A stretch of DNA of 47,495 bases from a virus (taxonomy: Duplodnaviria; Caudoviricetes): the IMG/VR virus record IMGVR_UViG_3300017705_001252, positions 1 through 47,495 of that record; one strand, written 5' to 3'. The position numbers and the translations under genes were made by a program. This document shows positions 16,622-25,465 of this stretch, in pieces (the first letter of the stretch is position 1; the number at the start of each line of letters is the position of its first letter). The notes below the pieces were generated by a model. The model ran no database searches and was not told the origin of the DNA. It worked only from the letters and a program-made list of their open reading frames with translations.

Positions 16622-17815
16622 TTACAGCTCATCTTTAATTACCTCGCCTCTTTTTCTGATATTATCCACGGATTGTTGCTCAGCTCTTCTGAATGTTGTT
16701 AAATAAAGCTCATCCTTTTTAAGTGTAGCTTTCACTACGGTATAAAATTCCCGATCGGCTTTGTAGTAAAATACCAACGTTCTATCCGAATCTTTAACTA
16801 CTAATTGAGCATCTCTGTAAATCTTTTGGAGCCTTCTATAATCGGCCAGCTCCAGATCCGGATGTCTGATCAATTGCTTGGCCAAAGTATCGGCACTTAA
16901 TATCACTGTATGAGCATCGGCATTGATTGCTTTACGATACAGCTCAGGAAGTACTGCAACCGGGAATTGCTCCCTCGGCATTCTCTTTCTGATCTGAGCA
17001 AGGCTCAATCCCTGAGTTAGCAGATCATCAACTAAACTTCTGCTACGGCTATACATCACACTCAAGCCCTGGCCTTCAAGTGCAGCACTTACATATTTTT
17101 CGGCTAACTCTACAGAGAATGCATTCAGATCCGGTTGCCAATAACTTTGTCCGGGATTGTAATCCCAACCTTCGCCTGCAAAGTTCGGAATTTGATCACC
17201 AGTGGAAACCGTATATCCCCGAGCTTCTAATTGTTTATCAGAAAGCGAATCAACCCCGCAGCGACACCCCCAATCGTTAGGTGGATAGTGTGTATCCCAA
17301 AAAGGATCATCATGCCTTACAACGGTATTATGAAGTGCCTCATGCGAAGGTCGGGTTGATGCATCCTGAACTGCACGATACACCCACCAAGGTCGCCGTT
17401 CAGCTGCAGCCTTTTGTGTTTTGAATCTACCTGCAGAGTAAGAAGTGCTTAAATTTGTTCGATAGATATTTTTTAAACGCCAGGCAGAACCAAGTTGAAC
17501 ATCGAGGATCTCTCCGGTTTCTTGATCAACGATTTCTTTTCTTCCCCACCAACCTAGTTCCTTTAATTTCGGCTCCAGGTTCTTTTGAAAGGTTTCAAAG
17601 GTGGTTCCGTTGGCCAAAGCACTTTCCACCTCTTCCCGGATAGATTTCAGCACATCAAGGTTAATGGCCTTTGCCACAGTAAACGCCCGGGCATGCGCCT
17701 CTCTCTGCATCTCTCGCCAGTTCCATGTAATCTGATATCCTTTCGATTCAAATTGATTTATGATTTCCTCCGGAGGAGAATTTAAAAGTGCTGCTATGTC
17801 AATTCCTTCAGGCAT
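16622..17815 (-). CDS. Mu gpF (gp30) head morphogenesis protein with C-terminal PBECR-like nuclease domain
   Basis: AFTVAK, RL.NIYRTN, D..TRPSH, PPNDWGCRC MuF motifs; ~120-aa extension with ADTLAKQ..RHP and ELYLTTFRR. Confidence 0.88.
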   Translation of the reverse strand: MPEGIDIAALLNSPPEEIINQFESKGYQITWNWREMQREAHARAFTVAKAINLDVLKSIREEVESALANGTTFETFQKNLEPKLKELGWWGRKEIVDQETGEILDVQLGSAWRLKNIYRTNLSTSYSAGRFKTQKAAAERRPWWVYRAVQDASTRPSHEALHNTVVRHDDPFWDTHYPPNDWGCRCGVDSLSDKQLEARGYTVSTGDQIPNFAGEGWDYNPGQSYWQPDLNAFSVELAEKYVSAALEGQGLSVMYSRSRSLVDDLLTQGLSLAQIRKRMPREQFPVAVLPELYRKAINADAHTVILSADTLAKQLIRHPDLELADYRRLQKIYRDAQLVVKDSDRTLVFYYKADREFYTVVKATLKKDELYLTTFRRAEQQSVDNIRKRGEVIKDEL

Positions 17816-18110
17816 CTTCTGTTTGGTGCTCCAGTATTTTTATGCAATGATTTGGCAACCGGTAGACGGTGATCAGTATATTATCTTTAAATATGAATAC
17901 GTTCTGGCCGTAGATCTTGGCATTATCAGCCTCACATTCTTTAGCATATTGAGCCTTTAAATATCTCTGTAAAGCTCCGGTGGTTTCGGTTTCATCAATG
18001 CCTTGGTAAAACGCTCTCCACATCATTTTTTTGAGCACACTTTTATTCCAGCCAAGTCTTTCCTTAGCTCTTTTTTTAGCGTGTTTAGTTGAGTAGAGAG
18101 GTTTCATCAA
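17808..18110 (-). CDS. Hypothetical protein, possible BECR/DUF4258-like fold
   Basis: TKHAKKRAKER...FIF....LITVY pattern. Confidence 0.7.
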   Translation of the reverse strand: MMKPLYSTKHAKKRAKERLGWNKSVLKKMMWRAFYQGIDETETTGALQRYLKAQYAKECEADNAKIYGQNVFIFKDNILITVYRLPNHCIKILEHQTEDA

Positions 18111-18113
18111 AGC

Positions 18114-18488
18114 TTACTTTTTGTAGGTACCTTGCTTTCCTTCTTTGGCTCGTAACTGGCCACGCCGTTGTTGCCAGAGTAATGCTTCCTCAAGCTTGGT
18201 AATTGTCTGGCTGGTTTCTCTGGAAGGAACAAGGCTGTTCTTATATTTGAGATCATGGATCATCATTTCCATCAGAGATTCGTGGGTGATACCAATGAAA
18301 CTTGGAACTACTTCTTCTGTGATTTTTGAACCTCTCACGAAAACAATATGCTTATCGTAATCTTTATTATGGACTAAACCTTCACCTTCAATAACTTCGA
18401 AGCTTGGCAGATAATAGCTTACTCCATTTAATTCAATTTCAAAATCTCCGGGTTTGGTACTTTTTTTATTTTCGTTTTTCATAATCAT
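18114..18488 (-). CDS. tad1: Tad1-like (Acb2/Tad1 family) immune-signal sponge protein
   Basis: I.FVRG...GITHESLMEMMIHDL......PSRETS.TITKLEEALLW..RR...R...G..GT matches the Tad1 C-terminal pattern as recalled. Confidence 0.75.
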   Translation of the reverse strand: MIMKNENKKSTKPGDFEIELNGVSYYLPSFEVIEGEGLVHNKDYDKHIVFVRGSKITEEVVPSFIGITHESLMEMMIHDLKYKNSLVPSRETSQTITKLEEALLWQQRRGQLRAKEGKQGTYKK

Positions 18489-18766
18489 CTAATGTGTGTG
18501 AATGTTATTGGTTTTATCTGAGCCATAACTTTGCAGGCTTTGCGGTGTACCTCTTCCCAGGTATCCAGAATATCATCGTTGAACTCGTCCAGCTCCCGGG
18601 CTTCATCTAGTCGGTTCCATATCCGATCAATTTCATTAAAGTAATTTTCGTATTCGGTGGGATCTGATTCTTCCGGAAGAAAGGAATCCATCAACTCATC
18701 GTACCATTGAGCTAATTGGTAGGAGTAATTCAACCCCCGGAGTAAGCTTTCGATCATTTTAGACAT
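18485..18766 (-). CDS. Acidic hypothetical protein
   Basis: Coupled to the portal stop codon; D/E-rich, 93 aa. Confidence 0.7.
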   Translation of the reverse strand: MSKMIESLLRGLNYSYQLAQWYDELMDSFLPEESDPTEYENYFNEIDRIWNRLDEARELDEFNDDILDTWEEVHRKACKVMAQIKPITFTHIR

Positions 18767-20481
18767 TAGTCGAGCTCCGAATTTTCTTCCTCGGTGATCC
18801 GTCCAATTACATCAGCTATGAAATAAGCTCTGGCCAGGCGTTCTTCGAGTTGCTCGGAATTCATATCCGGATAAAGTCCTGCTAATTTCTGTAGCACGTC
18901 TTCATAACTTCCGGAAGAATTAACGAGATCCAGTAACGGCTTCAGGAGCTCCTGAAGATGAGCTTGACTTTCCTCAGCTCCATCAACACCGGCACCGGCT
19001 TCAATTAATTGATCGATGAGATCCAACGAGTTATTCGAGTTCTCAAGAATGCCGTCTTCAGCAAAAGAATCTTCCTTTACTCCTAATAGCTTCTTAAAGA
19101 ACTCTTTCCATTTAGGTAGAAAGGATTTTTTATCCTCAGAAAAAAGTTCATTCTCTCCAAATTTATTAATCTTATAAGGTGGTTTCTTTTCCTTTCTTTG
19201 TCTCTCATTAAATTCTCGTATCGGGTCAATAAGATTTTCCCAAAATTCATCCTCTTCTTTCTTAGAGCGTCTTTCATATAAAGGTTTTGCTTCTGTCTTT
19301 GTCTCTGGATCTTTTTCAATCAACTCAAAGTCATCTTCGGCCAGAGCGTAGTTATCCATGTAATACTTCTTCGTGAACTTTACGCCGGTAGTCACAAGAA
19401 TGCTGTCACGATCTGCTCGTTCTTTCTGAACCTTTTTCGGTTCGTAGATTTTTACCCTTGGCGCTTTGCCGGTATAGTTTTGCGCCCACATTAAATCAAT
19501 AGCACAATTAATTACATACTCGGCCATTTGAGCAACCGAGCGAATTACCTTCTGGCTAACTTCCATTTGGGTTTGTCCGGAACCCCGAACATCCCCACCT
19601 TCTTTACTTACTGAAGTAGAAAGCTCGTTGGAAAGCAATGTTTTGTTAATTGCAGAATCGCAATAATGAATAAACTCAAGAAATGAACTGGAACCAGAAC
19701 CGGCACTGTTATTTTTCAGATCTACGGAACTGTCATCCGGAATAACTGCTACGGCATCCTGTACCATATTGTGAAGATCACCGAGAAGCTTGTTTGTTTC
19801 TTTATCTCCGGTACCTCTTGGCTGTTTACCAACAACCCACGGCATTCCGTATTTCTCCAAAAACTTTACCAGAAACTTTATCCCACCTCTTTTAAAGGTA
19901 ACCGGCCAGAAGCAACGGCTGTAATGAGACTCACCATACGGATTGTTATAGCTTGGTCGGTTTCTGGCCACAATGAACTTACCTTCCGGAACCGGCTTTC
20001 CCTGTGGGTGATCTTTAGAGATAAATTGTAGTTCATTATTGGTGGAATAATTAAACCATTCCGGTGGTTTGCTGATCAGCTCAGTAATAATCCACTTTTT
20101 ATCGAAGGTATTCCAAATAGCTTCAAACGGCTGATAGCCAAATCCCCGGGCTTCAATACATTGCGTCATGATGTTGTACACATCCCAGCTTTCAACCATT
20201 TCAGTAATAAAATCCACACCGCCTTGATCAGCATCGTTAGGATCTATCTCCCAAAGAAGATCTTTTAATCCGGAATGAATTAACTCAATAGCAGCGAACA
20301 CTTCCCAATCTGCAGTGAGATCTCTATACACTTGAATCCGTTGCCCTGCCTTTCGCAAAATAGGATCGGGATTAGGTAAGGAATTCAACATCGAGATATA
20401 GAACGTAGCATCCCGGGTTGCGAGTTCTTCCCCTAAGTTTGTGGCTACTACTTTAGACTTTTGATGGAGGTGATATTTCAT
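18766..20481 (-). CDS. Portal protein (Mu gp29/DUF935)
   Basis: LPNPDPIL, NPYGES, FLEKYGMPW motifs and Mu gp29-type C-terminus. Confidence 0.92.
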   Translation of the reverse strand: MKYHLHQKSKVVATNLGEELATRDATFYISMLNSLPNPDPILRKAGQRIQVYRDLTADWEVFAAIELIHSGLKDLLWEIDPNDADQGGVDFITEMVESWDVYNIMTQCIEARGFGYQPFEAIWNTFDKKWIITELISKPPEWFNYSTNNELQFISKDHPQGKPVPEGKFIVARNRPSYNNPYGESHYSRCFWPVTFKRGGIKFLVKFLEKYGMPWVVGKQPRGTGDKETNKLLGDLHNMVQDAVAVIPDDSSVDLKNNSAGSGSSSFLEFIHYCDSAINKTLLSNELSTSVSKEGGDVRGSGQTQMEVSQKVIRSVAQMAEYVINCAIDLMWAQNYTGKAPRVKIYEPKKVQKERADRDSILVTTGVKFTKKYYMDNYALAEDDFELIEKDPETKTEAKPLYERRSKKEEDEFWENLIDPIREFNERQRKEKKPPYKINKFGENELFSEDKKSFLPKWKEFFKKLLGVKEDSFAEDGILENSNNSLDLIDQLIEAGAGVDGAEESQAHLQELLKPLLDLVNSSGSYEDVLQKLAGLYPDMNSEQLEERLARAYFIADVIGRITEEENSELD

Positions 20482-20588
20482 GATTCAAATTTCGTTTCTA
20501 AGGCGTTCAAAGCTTAATTGGTTATAATGTGCGATAGCGAAGTATTAAAATGATTGTGAGTAAATTTAAACGGGGTTTCAGGTTAATC

Positions 20589-21953
20589 TTAGAAGCCAGT
20601 CAGATCAGATTCGAAACCTCTCAGTAAAGAATCTGATTCTCTTGTTCCGGAACTCGCAACCGATGGAATACCGGAAGCATTCTTAGCAGCATGAACTGAA
20701 AGCGCCGCCGCCCAGAATCTATCCGCATGTCCGGCTACAGATCCATCTACATCAAAGCGAATATTATTTGAAGTGGTAACTACCTTTCTAACAGAGTGGA
20801 GATCTTCACGAATAGCTTGGTTGGCCGGAATGATATTTCGCTTTTCTTCGATCTCTCTCCGGAAGTCATAAGCCAGCTCTTCTTTTACTGCAGCAGTAAA
20901 GTTTATCGCTTCCACTCTGAAAGAACCAAACCGAGCCTGAGCATCTTCAGCTAATTGCATTCCTAATCCGGTGGAATCGATACAAGCTCTTCGAAGTTTT
21001 GGATGCTCTAAATATTTGTATAGAGTTTCAGCTTGTGCTCTGAAAGCGGTTCGCTCTAAGACTTTTACAGCCCGGGTGAATTTCATAAGACCTAATTTTT
21101 CCACCACCCAGATAACGGTAAGATCTTTCTTTCGGCCAATATCCATTCCCAGATAAAGTTCCCCTTCAACTGTATCCGGAATACCGTTATTCCAAAGCAC
21201 ATGTTGATCTTCGCAAGCAGCTATCATTTCATACGGCAAGAAGGCGTTCGCTTCATCTACCGGTACGCACATATATTCCTGAAGCCACTGGTCTTCATCT
21301 ATACATTCAGATCTTAAGTCGGCCAACCATTGCTTTTGTTCTTCAGGAGTAGTTTTACGCTTAAAGATCTTATCAACGATTCCATCTTTTACAGCATCCA
21401 CAATAGAAGTGGTATGAATAGATCCCTTTGTTTTGCCTTCCCGAATCTTATCAATCAATCTTGAAAAAGTACTTTCACCAAGATGCGTTGAAAGCACCCG
21501 GATAGGATCTCCCCACATTGCTGAAGCCTGAAGTGCTTTCCACATTGCAGCTCCATCATTATGATGTGCTGCTTCATCCCATACAACTCGCCCACCTTTA
21601 GAACGGAAGCGCTTAGGGTTCGAGCTCATTGCTGTAATTTTGGCATTGTTTGGCAAAATCACTCTATATGCAGTTATGTTCTTTTCGAGATCTAATACGA
21701 TCTCTCCCATATTTTCAGCTACAACCTCTAACAACTCACACCAACCGGCTACGTAATCAATAAACTCTTTCGCAGCCGAATCATCTGCAGAAGAAAACCA
21801 AGTATCACGCCCTGTTTTAATTGACCATTTAGTAGAACACCAGGACTCTACATAAGTAGCCCCGATACGTCTGGACTTTTCCCAAATGGCTAACCGTGAA
21901 TCATCATTAATCCACTTGAGTTGATAATCCATAAAAAGACGTTCATCGGTCAT
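20589..21953 (-). CDS. Terminase large subunit (Mu gp28-like)
   Basis: YQ.KW..D.SR..IWEKSRRIG, VVWDEAA, GMDIGRKKD, HADRFWA. Confidence 0.95.
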   Translation of the reverse strand: MTDERLFMDYQLKWINDDSRLAIWEKSRRIGATYVESWCSTKWSIKTGRDTWFSSADDSAAKEFIDYVAGWCELLEVVAENMGEIVLDLEKNITAYRVILPNNAKITAMSSNPKRFRSKGGRVVWDEAAHHNDGAAMWKALQASAMWGDPIRVLSTHLGESTFSRLIDKIREGKTKGSIHTTSIVDAVKDGIVDKIFKRKTTPEEQKQWLADLRSECIDEDQWLQEYMCVPVDEANAFLPYEMIAACEDQHVLWNNGIPDTVEGELYLGMDIGRKKDLTVIWVVEKLGLMKFTRAVKVLERTAFRAQAETLYKYLEHPKLRRACIDSTGLGMQLAEDAQARFGSFRVEAINFTAAVKEELAYDFRREIEEKRNIIPANQAIREDLHSVRKVVTTSNNIRFDVDGSVAGHADRFWAAALSVHAAKNASGIPSVASSGTRESDSLLRGFESDLTGF

Positions 21954-21954
21954 G

Positions 21955-22356
21955 TCATCCCTCTAACTTTTTCTGAAGAACAACCATCATTTCGGCGAGT
22001 GACATTTTTTCTTTTTCAGTTTCCGGCTCACCTTCTACAGCTCCGAGTAAGTCCATGAAGTTCTTTTGTCCCATTTTTCCAACGGTAGCCATTGCAGCGT
22101 AGATCTTCTGCGGATCGGGATCATCGAGCGCTGCCTTTAAAGCGATCTTTGCCAAGTCGGTAACCATCCCTCTAATATCTTGTTGGTTCTCTTCGGCTTT
22201 TTTCTTCAGCTCATCCCAATTTCCTTTATCCTTCCAGGAGTCAAGCGTTCTTAGTGATACTCTCCCTTTGAAGTAATCCTCAAGCATAGATCTTGTATAA
22301 CCTTCATATACATATAATCTTTTGGCTTCATCATTATATAGAGCTTGCTTTCCCAT
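21955..22356 (-). CDS. Putative terminase small subunit (HTH)
   Basis: AKRLYV.EG...VSLRTL.SWK.KG.WD HTH, directly upstream of terL. Confidence 0.75.
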   Translation of the reverse strand: MGKQALYNDEAKRLYVYEGYTRSMLEDYFKGRVSLRTLDSWKDKGNWDELKKKAEENQQDIRGMVTDLAKIALKAALDDPDPQKIYAAMATVGKMGQKNFMDLLGAVEGEPETEKEKMSLAEMMVVLQKKLEG

Positions 22357-22604
22357 TACTTACCAATCCGTTGTTCGATCTCAGCTATCTTCTTTTGTTC
22401 GGCTTTGGCATTATTGATGATCACTTTTAAGCTAGTCATAGCTTGCTCAGCTCTCTCAATCTCTATATCAGTAAAGTGGATTAAAGGATCAGTGAGATCT
22501 CTGATTGTAATAATGTGGTTTTCAGCTCTAAAATTTAGTTTTTTAATTTCAGCCTCTGCCTCAAGCTTCATTCCACGGAGTTTTGAAAATTCTGATATTG
22601 ACAT
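22356..22604 (-). CDS. Hypothetical coiled-coil protein
   Basis: Translationally coupled ORF. Confidence 0.7.
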   Translation of the reverse strand: MSISEFSKLRGMKLEAEAEIKKLNFRAENHIITIRDLTDPLIHFTDIEIERAEQAMTSLKVIINNAKAEQKKIAEIEQRIGK

Positions 22605-22605
22605 G

Positions 22606-22950
22606 TTAGCCTTCCTTTAGTGATTGAGCCGGGCAACGAACCGGTTGATCAAGTTTCTCTTCCAGCCGGGTTAATATTCTAATGATCATATCCTGACGCT
22701 CACTATCGTCATCATGAAATTGCTGAGTCATATCCAGGATCTTGTCACTCAGTACTATATGAGCATCAAAGTTTTTATCGATTTGGGCATCTTTGCTGGA
22801 AGTAATTTTCTCAATGGCTTCAAAAGCGAGTGTACTACTCTTATTAAATTGAGTAAGCATACTTTTTACGACCCATATTAAAACACCTAATAAAGCTGCA
22901 CTTAATCCTGAGTCTACAATCCATTGAACTGATTCTGGTATTTCTGACAT
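22606..22950 (-). CDS. Single-TM membrane protein (possible holin-like)
   Basis: Start re-assigned to ATG 22950; TM GLSAALLGVLIWVV followed by coiled coil. Confidence 0.65.
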   Translation of the reverse strand: MSEIPESVQWIVDSGLSAALLGVLIWVVKSMLTQFNKSSTLAFEAIEKITSSKDAQIDKNFDAHIVLSDKILDMTQQFHDDDSERQDMIIRILTRLEEKLDQPVRCPAQSLKEG

Positions 22951-22985
22951 TTGGTTAATGATTTTGGGATTACGTATTATGCCCG

Positions 22986-23058
22986 AATATACCTGCCAAA
23001 CAGGGCGCTTATTTACTGAATGGTTCAGTAAGAATTCCCACCTTCGCCCACGTAGATT
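22986..23058. promoter_or_regulatory. Symmetric divergent late promoters around one palindrome
   Basis: TTACTGAA-tgg-TTCAGTAA (23013-23031); -10-like TAGATT (+, 23053) and TATATT (-, 22991), each 31 bp from the centre. Confidence 0.6.
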
Positions 23059-23095
23059 CGAGTCACTCAATTACACAAACCAAGTGACTGAATAG

Positions 23096-24007
23096 ATGAA
23101 AAAGTTTTATGAAATTATCAGAGCAGGTAAATACCCTCAGAAAAATTTAACTGAGCAGGACATTCAGGATCTGGCAAAGAACTATGATCCCAATTTCCAA
23201 GAGGCACCTGTAAAGATTGGTCATAAAGGCAATAATTTTGCTTACGCCTGGATTGATGAGCTCAAAGCTGAAGGTTCAAAATTGATGGCTTCATTCAAAG
23301 AAGTTACCGGGGAACTAAAGCAGCTTTCTGCGGAAAAGAAATTAAAACGCCACTCGGCGGAGATTTATAGCAATCTTCAGGGAAAAGGTATTTACTTAAA
23401 AGGTCTTGCTATGCTTGGAGCTGAAGCGCCGGCAGTAAAGGGGATGCAGCCTATCGAGTTTTCTGAAGGTGAATCAGAATCTATTGAATTTGAAGAAAGC
23501 CCTTCTTTTGTGGATGATTTTTCATTCGAGTTTTATAAAGAGAAAGCAGAAAGGCTATCAGGTGAAAATGAGCAATTAGAAGCATCGCTTAAGGAAGAGA
23601 AAAAGAAAACTAAGTCTTTCTCTGAAGAAAATGAAGCTATTCAATTTACTCAACGTCAGGCTGATTTCGAGGCTTTCCTTGATCAAGGAATAGAAGAAGG
23701 AAAGTTTAAGCCGGTGTTACGAGAAAAAGCAGTTGCCCTATTCGCTCATCTGGATTCCATCGAAGTTGATGAAGGCGAAGAATCTCCTCTGGATGCTTTC
23801 AAAGAGATTATTAAGGAATTTAAGGAGCAGATCCAATTCGGTGAGCAATTCACGGAAGGTGAAGGTGAAACTACAGAGTACACCGTTCATGAGCTTGCTG
23901 CAAAAGCAGCTGAATATCAGGAAGAGCAACGCAAAGCCGGCAAGGTGGTTTCTACCTCTGCTGCAGTAGAATATGTTAAAAACCAAAAGAATAAGGATTC
24001 AAAATGA
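23096..24007 (+). CDS. Prohead protease/scaffold (Mu gpI-like)
   Basis: EAPVKIGH, AYAWI, SAE, YL.GLAMLGA..PAVKGM; acidic coiled-coil C-terminus. Confidence 0.88.
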   Translation: MKKFYEIIRAGKYPQKNLTEQDIQDLAKNYDPNFQEAPVKIGHKGNNFAYAWIDELKAEGSKLMASFKEVTGELKQLSAEKKLKRHSAEIYSNLQGKGIYLKGLAMLGAEAPAVKGMQPIEFSEGESESIEFEESPSFVDDFSFEFYKEKAERLSGENEQLEASLKEEKKKTKSFSEENEAIQFTQRQADFEAFLDQGIEEGKFKPVLREKAVALFAHLDSIEVDEGEESPLDAFKEIIKEFKEQIQFGEQFTEGEGETTEYTVHELAAKAAEYQEEQRKAGKVVSTSAAVEYVKNQKNKDSK

Positions 24008-24381
24008 ACAACCCAGATTTAGTAAAAACTTTTGATGCCGGTGCAGATGCTGCTCGGCATAGAATCGCAAAATTCGGAGCTGACGATGATAAAGCTATTC
24101 AAGCTTCAGCAGTAACAGATGCATTAATTGGTGTATTTGCGGAGCTTGATATAGCAGAAGGCGAACGAGTTGATGTGATTATGTCGGGAATCGCTGAAGT
24201 AGAATACGGCGGTAATGTAGATCGTGGAGATTGGTTAACGGCTGATGCCGATGGTAAAGCAGTTGCTGCTGCACCGGCTACTGGTGTAAATAATTCTGTA
24301 ATTGGCCGAGCCGGTGAAAGCGGAGTTGATGGTGACATCGGAAGTGTGATCCTGGCACCAGGACAAATTCAAGGAGCTTAA
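24004..24381 (+). CDS. Capsid decoration/cement protein (DUF2190-like)
   Basis: VDV..SGIAEVEYGG.V..GD.LTADADGKAV. Confidence 0.8.
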   Translation: MNNPDLVKTFDAGADAARHRIAKFGADDDKAIQASAVTDALIGVFAELDIAEGERVDVIMSGIAEVEYGGNVDRGDWLTADADGKAVAAAPATGVNNSVIGRAGESGVDGDIGSVILAPGQIQGA

Positions 24382-24435
24382 TAATTCATTAAGCCCAACC
24401 AAATCAAATTTAAGTAATCATTAAAAATAAGTACG

Positions 24436-25377
24436 ATGCCTAAAACTAATTTTCCATTTGCCACCGAACCAGAACTAGTAGCAATTTCTATTGCATATCG
24501 AAATAAAGGACTGATCGCAGATTCAGTACTTCCAAGAACTCCGGTAGGTAAAGAGGAGTACCGTTACAATTATTACCCAAAAGGTACTTTCATTACGGTT
24601 CCTGATACCAAAGCAGGAAGAAAGAGCAAGCTGAATGAAGCGAATTTTGAATCTGATGAGCGTACCGGTGCTACTAAAGATTTCGGTTTACAATCATTAG
24701 TTCCTCAAAAAGATCTGGATAACGCTCCGGAAGGATTAAACCCATTAAGCACGACTACTGAGGGATTGAGAGATCTTATCATGCTTGATCGAGAGGTTAG
24801 AGTTGCAAATAAAGTATTTGATCCTGCGATCTATGACAATGCCAATAAAGTACAATTGGCTGGCAATGATCAATGGAGTGATTACGTAAACTCAGATCCT
24901 ATCGAGGATATTGAGGAAGCTCTTAACATTCCTTTCATGCGCCCAAATGTAATGACGATTGGTCAGGCAGCATGGAGTACTCTAAGGAGACATCCTAAAA
25001 TCTTAAAAGCTGTTCATAAAAATGATGGTGATTCAGGAATTGCTTCAAAAGAAGCAGTAGCTGAATTGTTTGAACTGGAAGAAATCAATGTTGGCCAGGG
25101 ATGGGTAAATATTGCGAAGCCAGGACAGCCGGTTAACCGTGCAAGAGTATGGGGTAAGCATTGCTTGCTTCACTACAAGAACACAACAGCCAGCATTAAT
25201 TTTGGAATGACCTTCGGCTTCACTCCTCAGCATGGTGATCCTGTAGCTGGAACTAGAAGCGCAGAGCCGGGCGAAGCTGGACTATCCGGTGGTACCTGGG
25301 TAGTAAACGGCGAGAAAGTGAATGAGGAGATTTCAGCTCCTGATCTCGCTTACTTCTTCGAAGACTGCGTAGCCTAA
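24436..25377 (+). CDS. Major capsid protein
   Basis: 313 aa; ISIAYRN..LIAD.VLPR.PV, LDRE.RVA, W.D..NSDP motifs; position after protease and decoration genes. Confidence 0.88.
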   Translation: MPKTNFPFATEPELVAISIAYRNKGLIADSVLPRTPVGKEEYRYNYYPKGTFITVPDTKAGRKSKLNEANFESDERTGATKDFGLQSLVPQKDLDNAPEGLNPLSTTTEGLRDLIMLDREVRVANKVFDPAIYDNANKVQLAGNDQWSDYVNSDPIEDIEEALNIPFMRPNVMTIGQAAWSTLRRHPKILKAVHKNDGDSGIASKEAVAELFELEEINVGQGWVNIAKPGQPVNRARVWGKHCLLHYKNTTASINFGMTFGFTPQHGDPVAGTRSAEPGEAGLSGGTWVVNGEKVNEEISAPDLAYFFEDCVA

Positions 25378-25394
25378 GAAATACAACCCCTGAA

Positions 25395-25431
25395 GGGAGA
25401 GCGAAACGGTCAAAGATCAAGTAGCTCTCCC
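25395..25431 (+). other. RNA hairpin with GAA/AGUA internal loop after the capsid gene
   Basis: GGGAGAGC-GAAAC-GGTC-AAA-GATC-A-AGTA-GCTCTCCC. Confidence 0.55.
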
Positions 25432-25465
25432 ACCGATTTTAATTACAATTAAACCCGATTTAACG

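Noticed and set aside
16496-16702. 68-aa ORF as an immunity protein for gpF
   Set aside because: It is antisense to gpF, overlaps its 3' end and runs through a same-strand terminator; an RNA explains the sequence better.
22951-23070. N-terminal extension of ORF 22606..23070
   Set aside because: It covers the divergent promoter region; ATG 22950 is the more plausible start.
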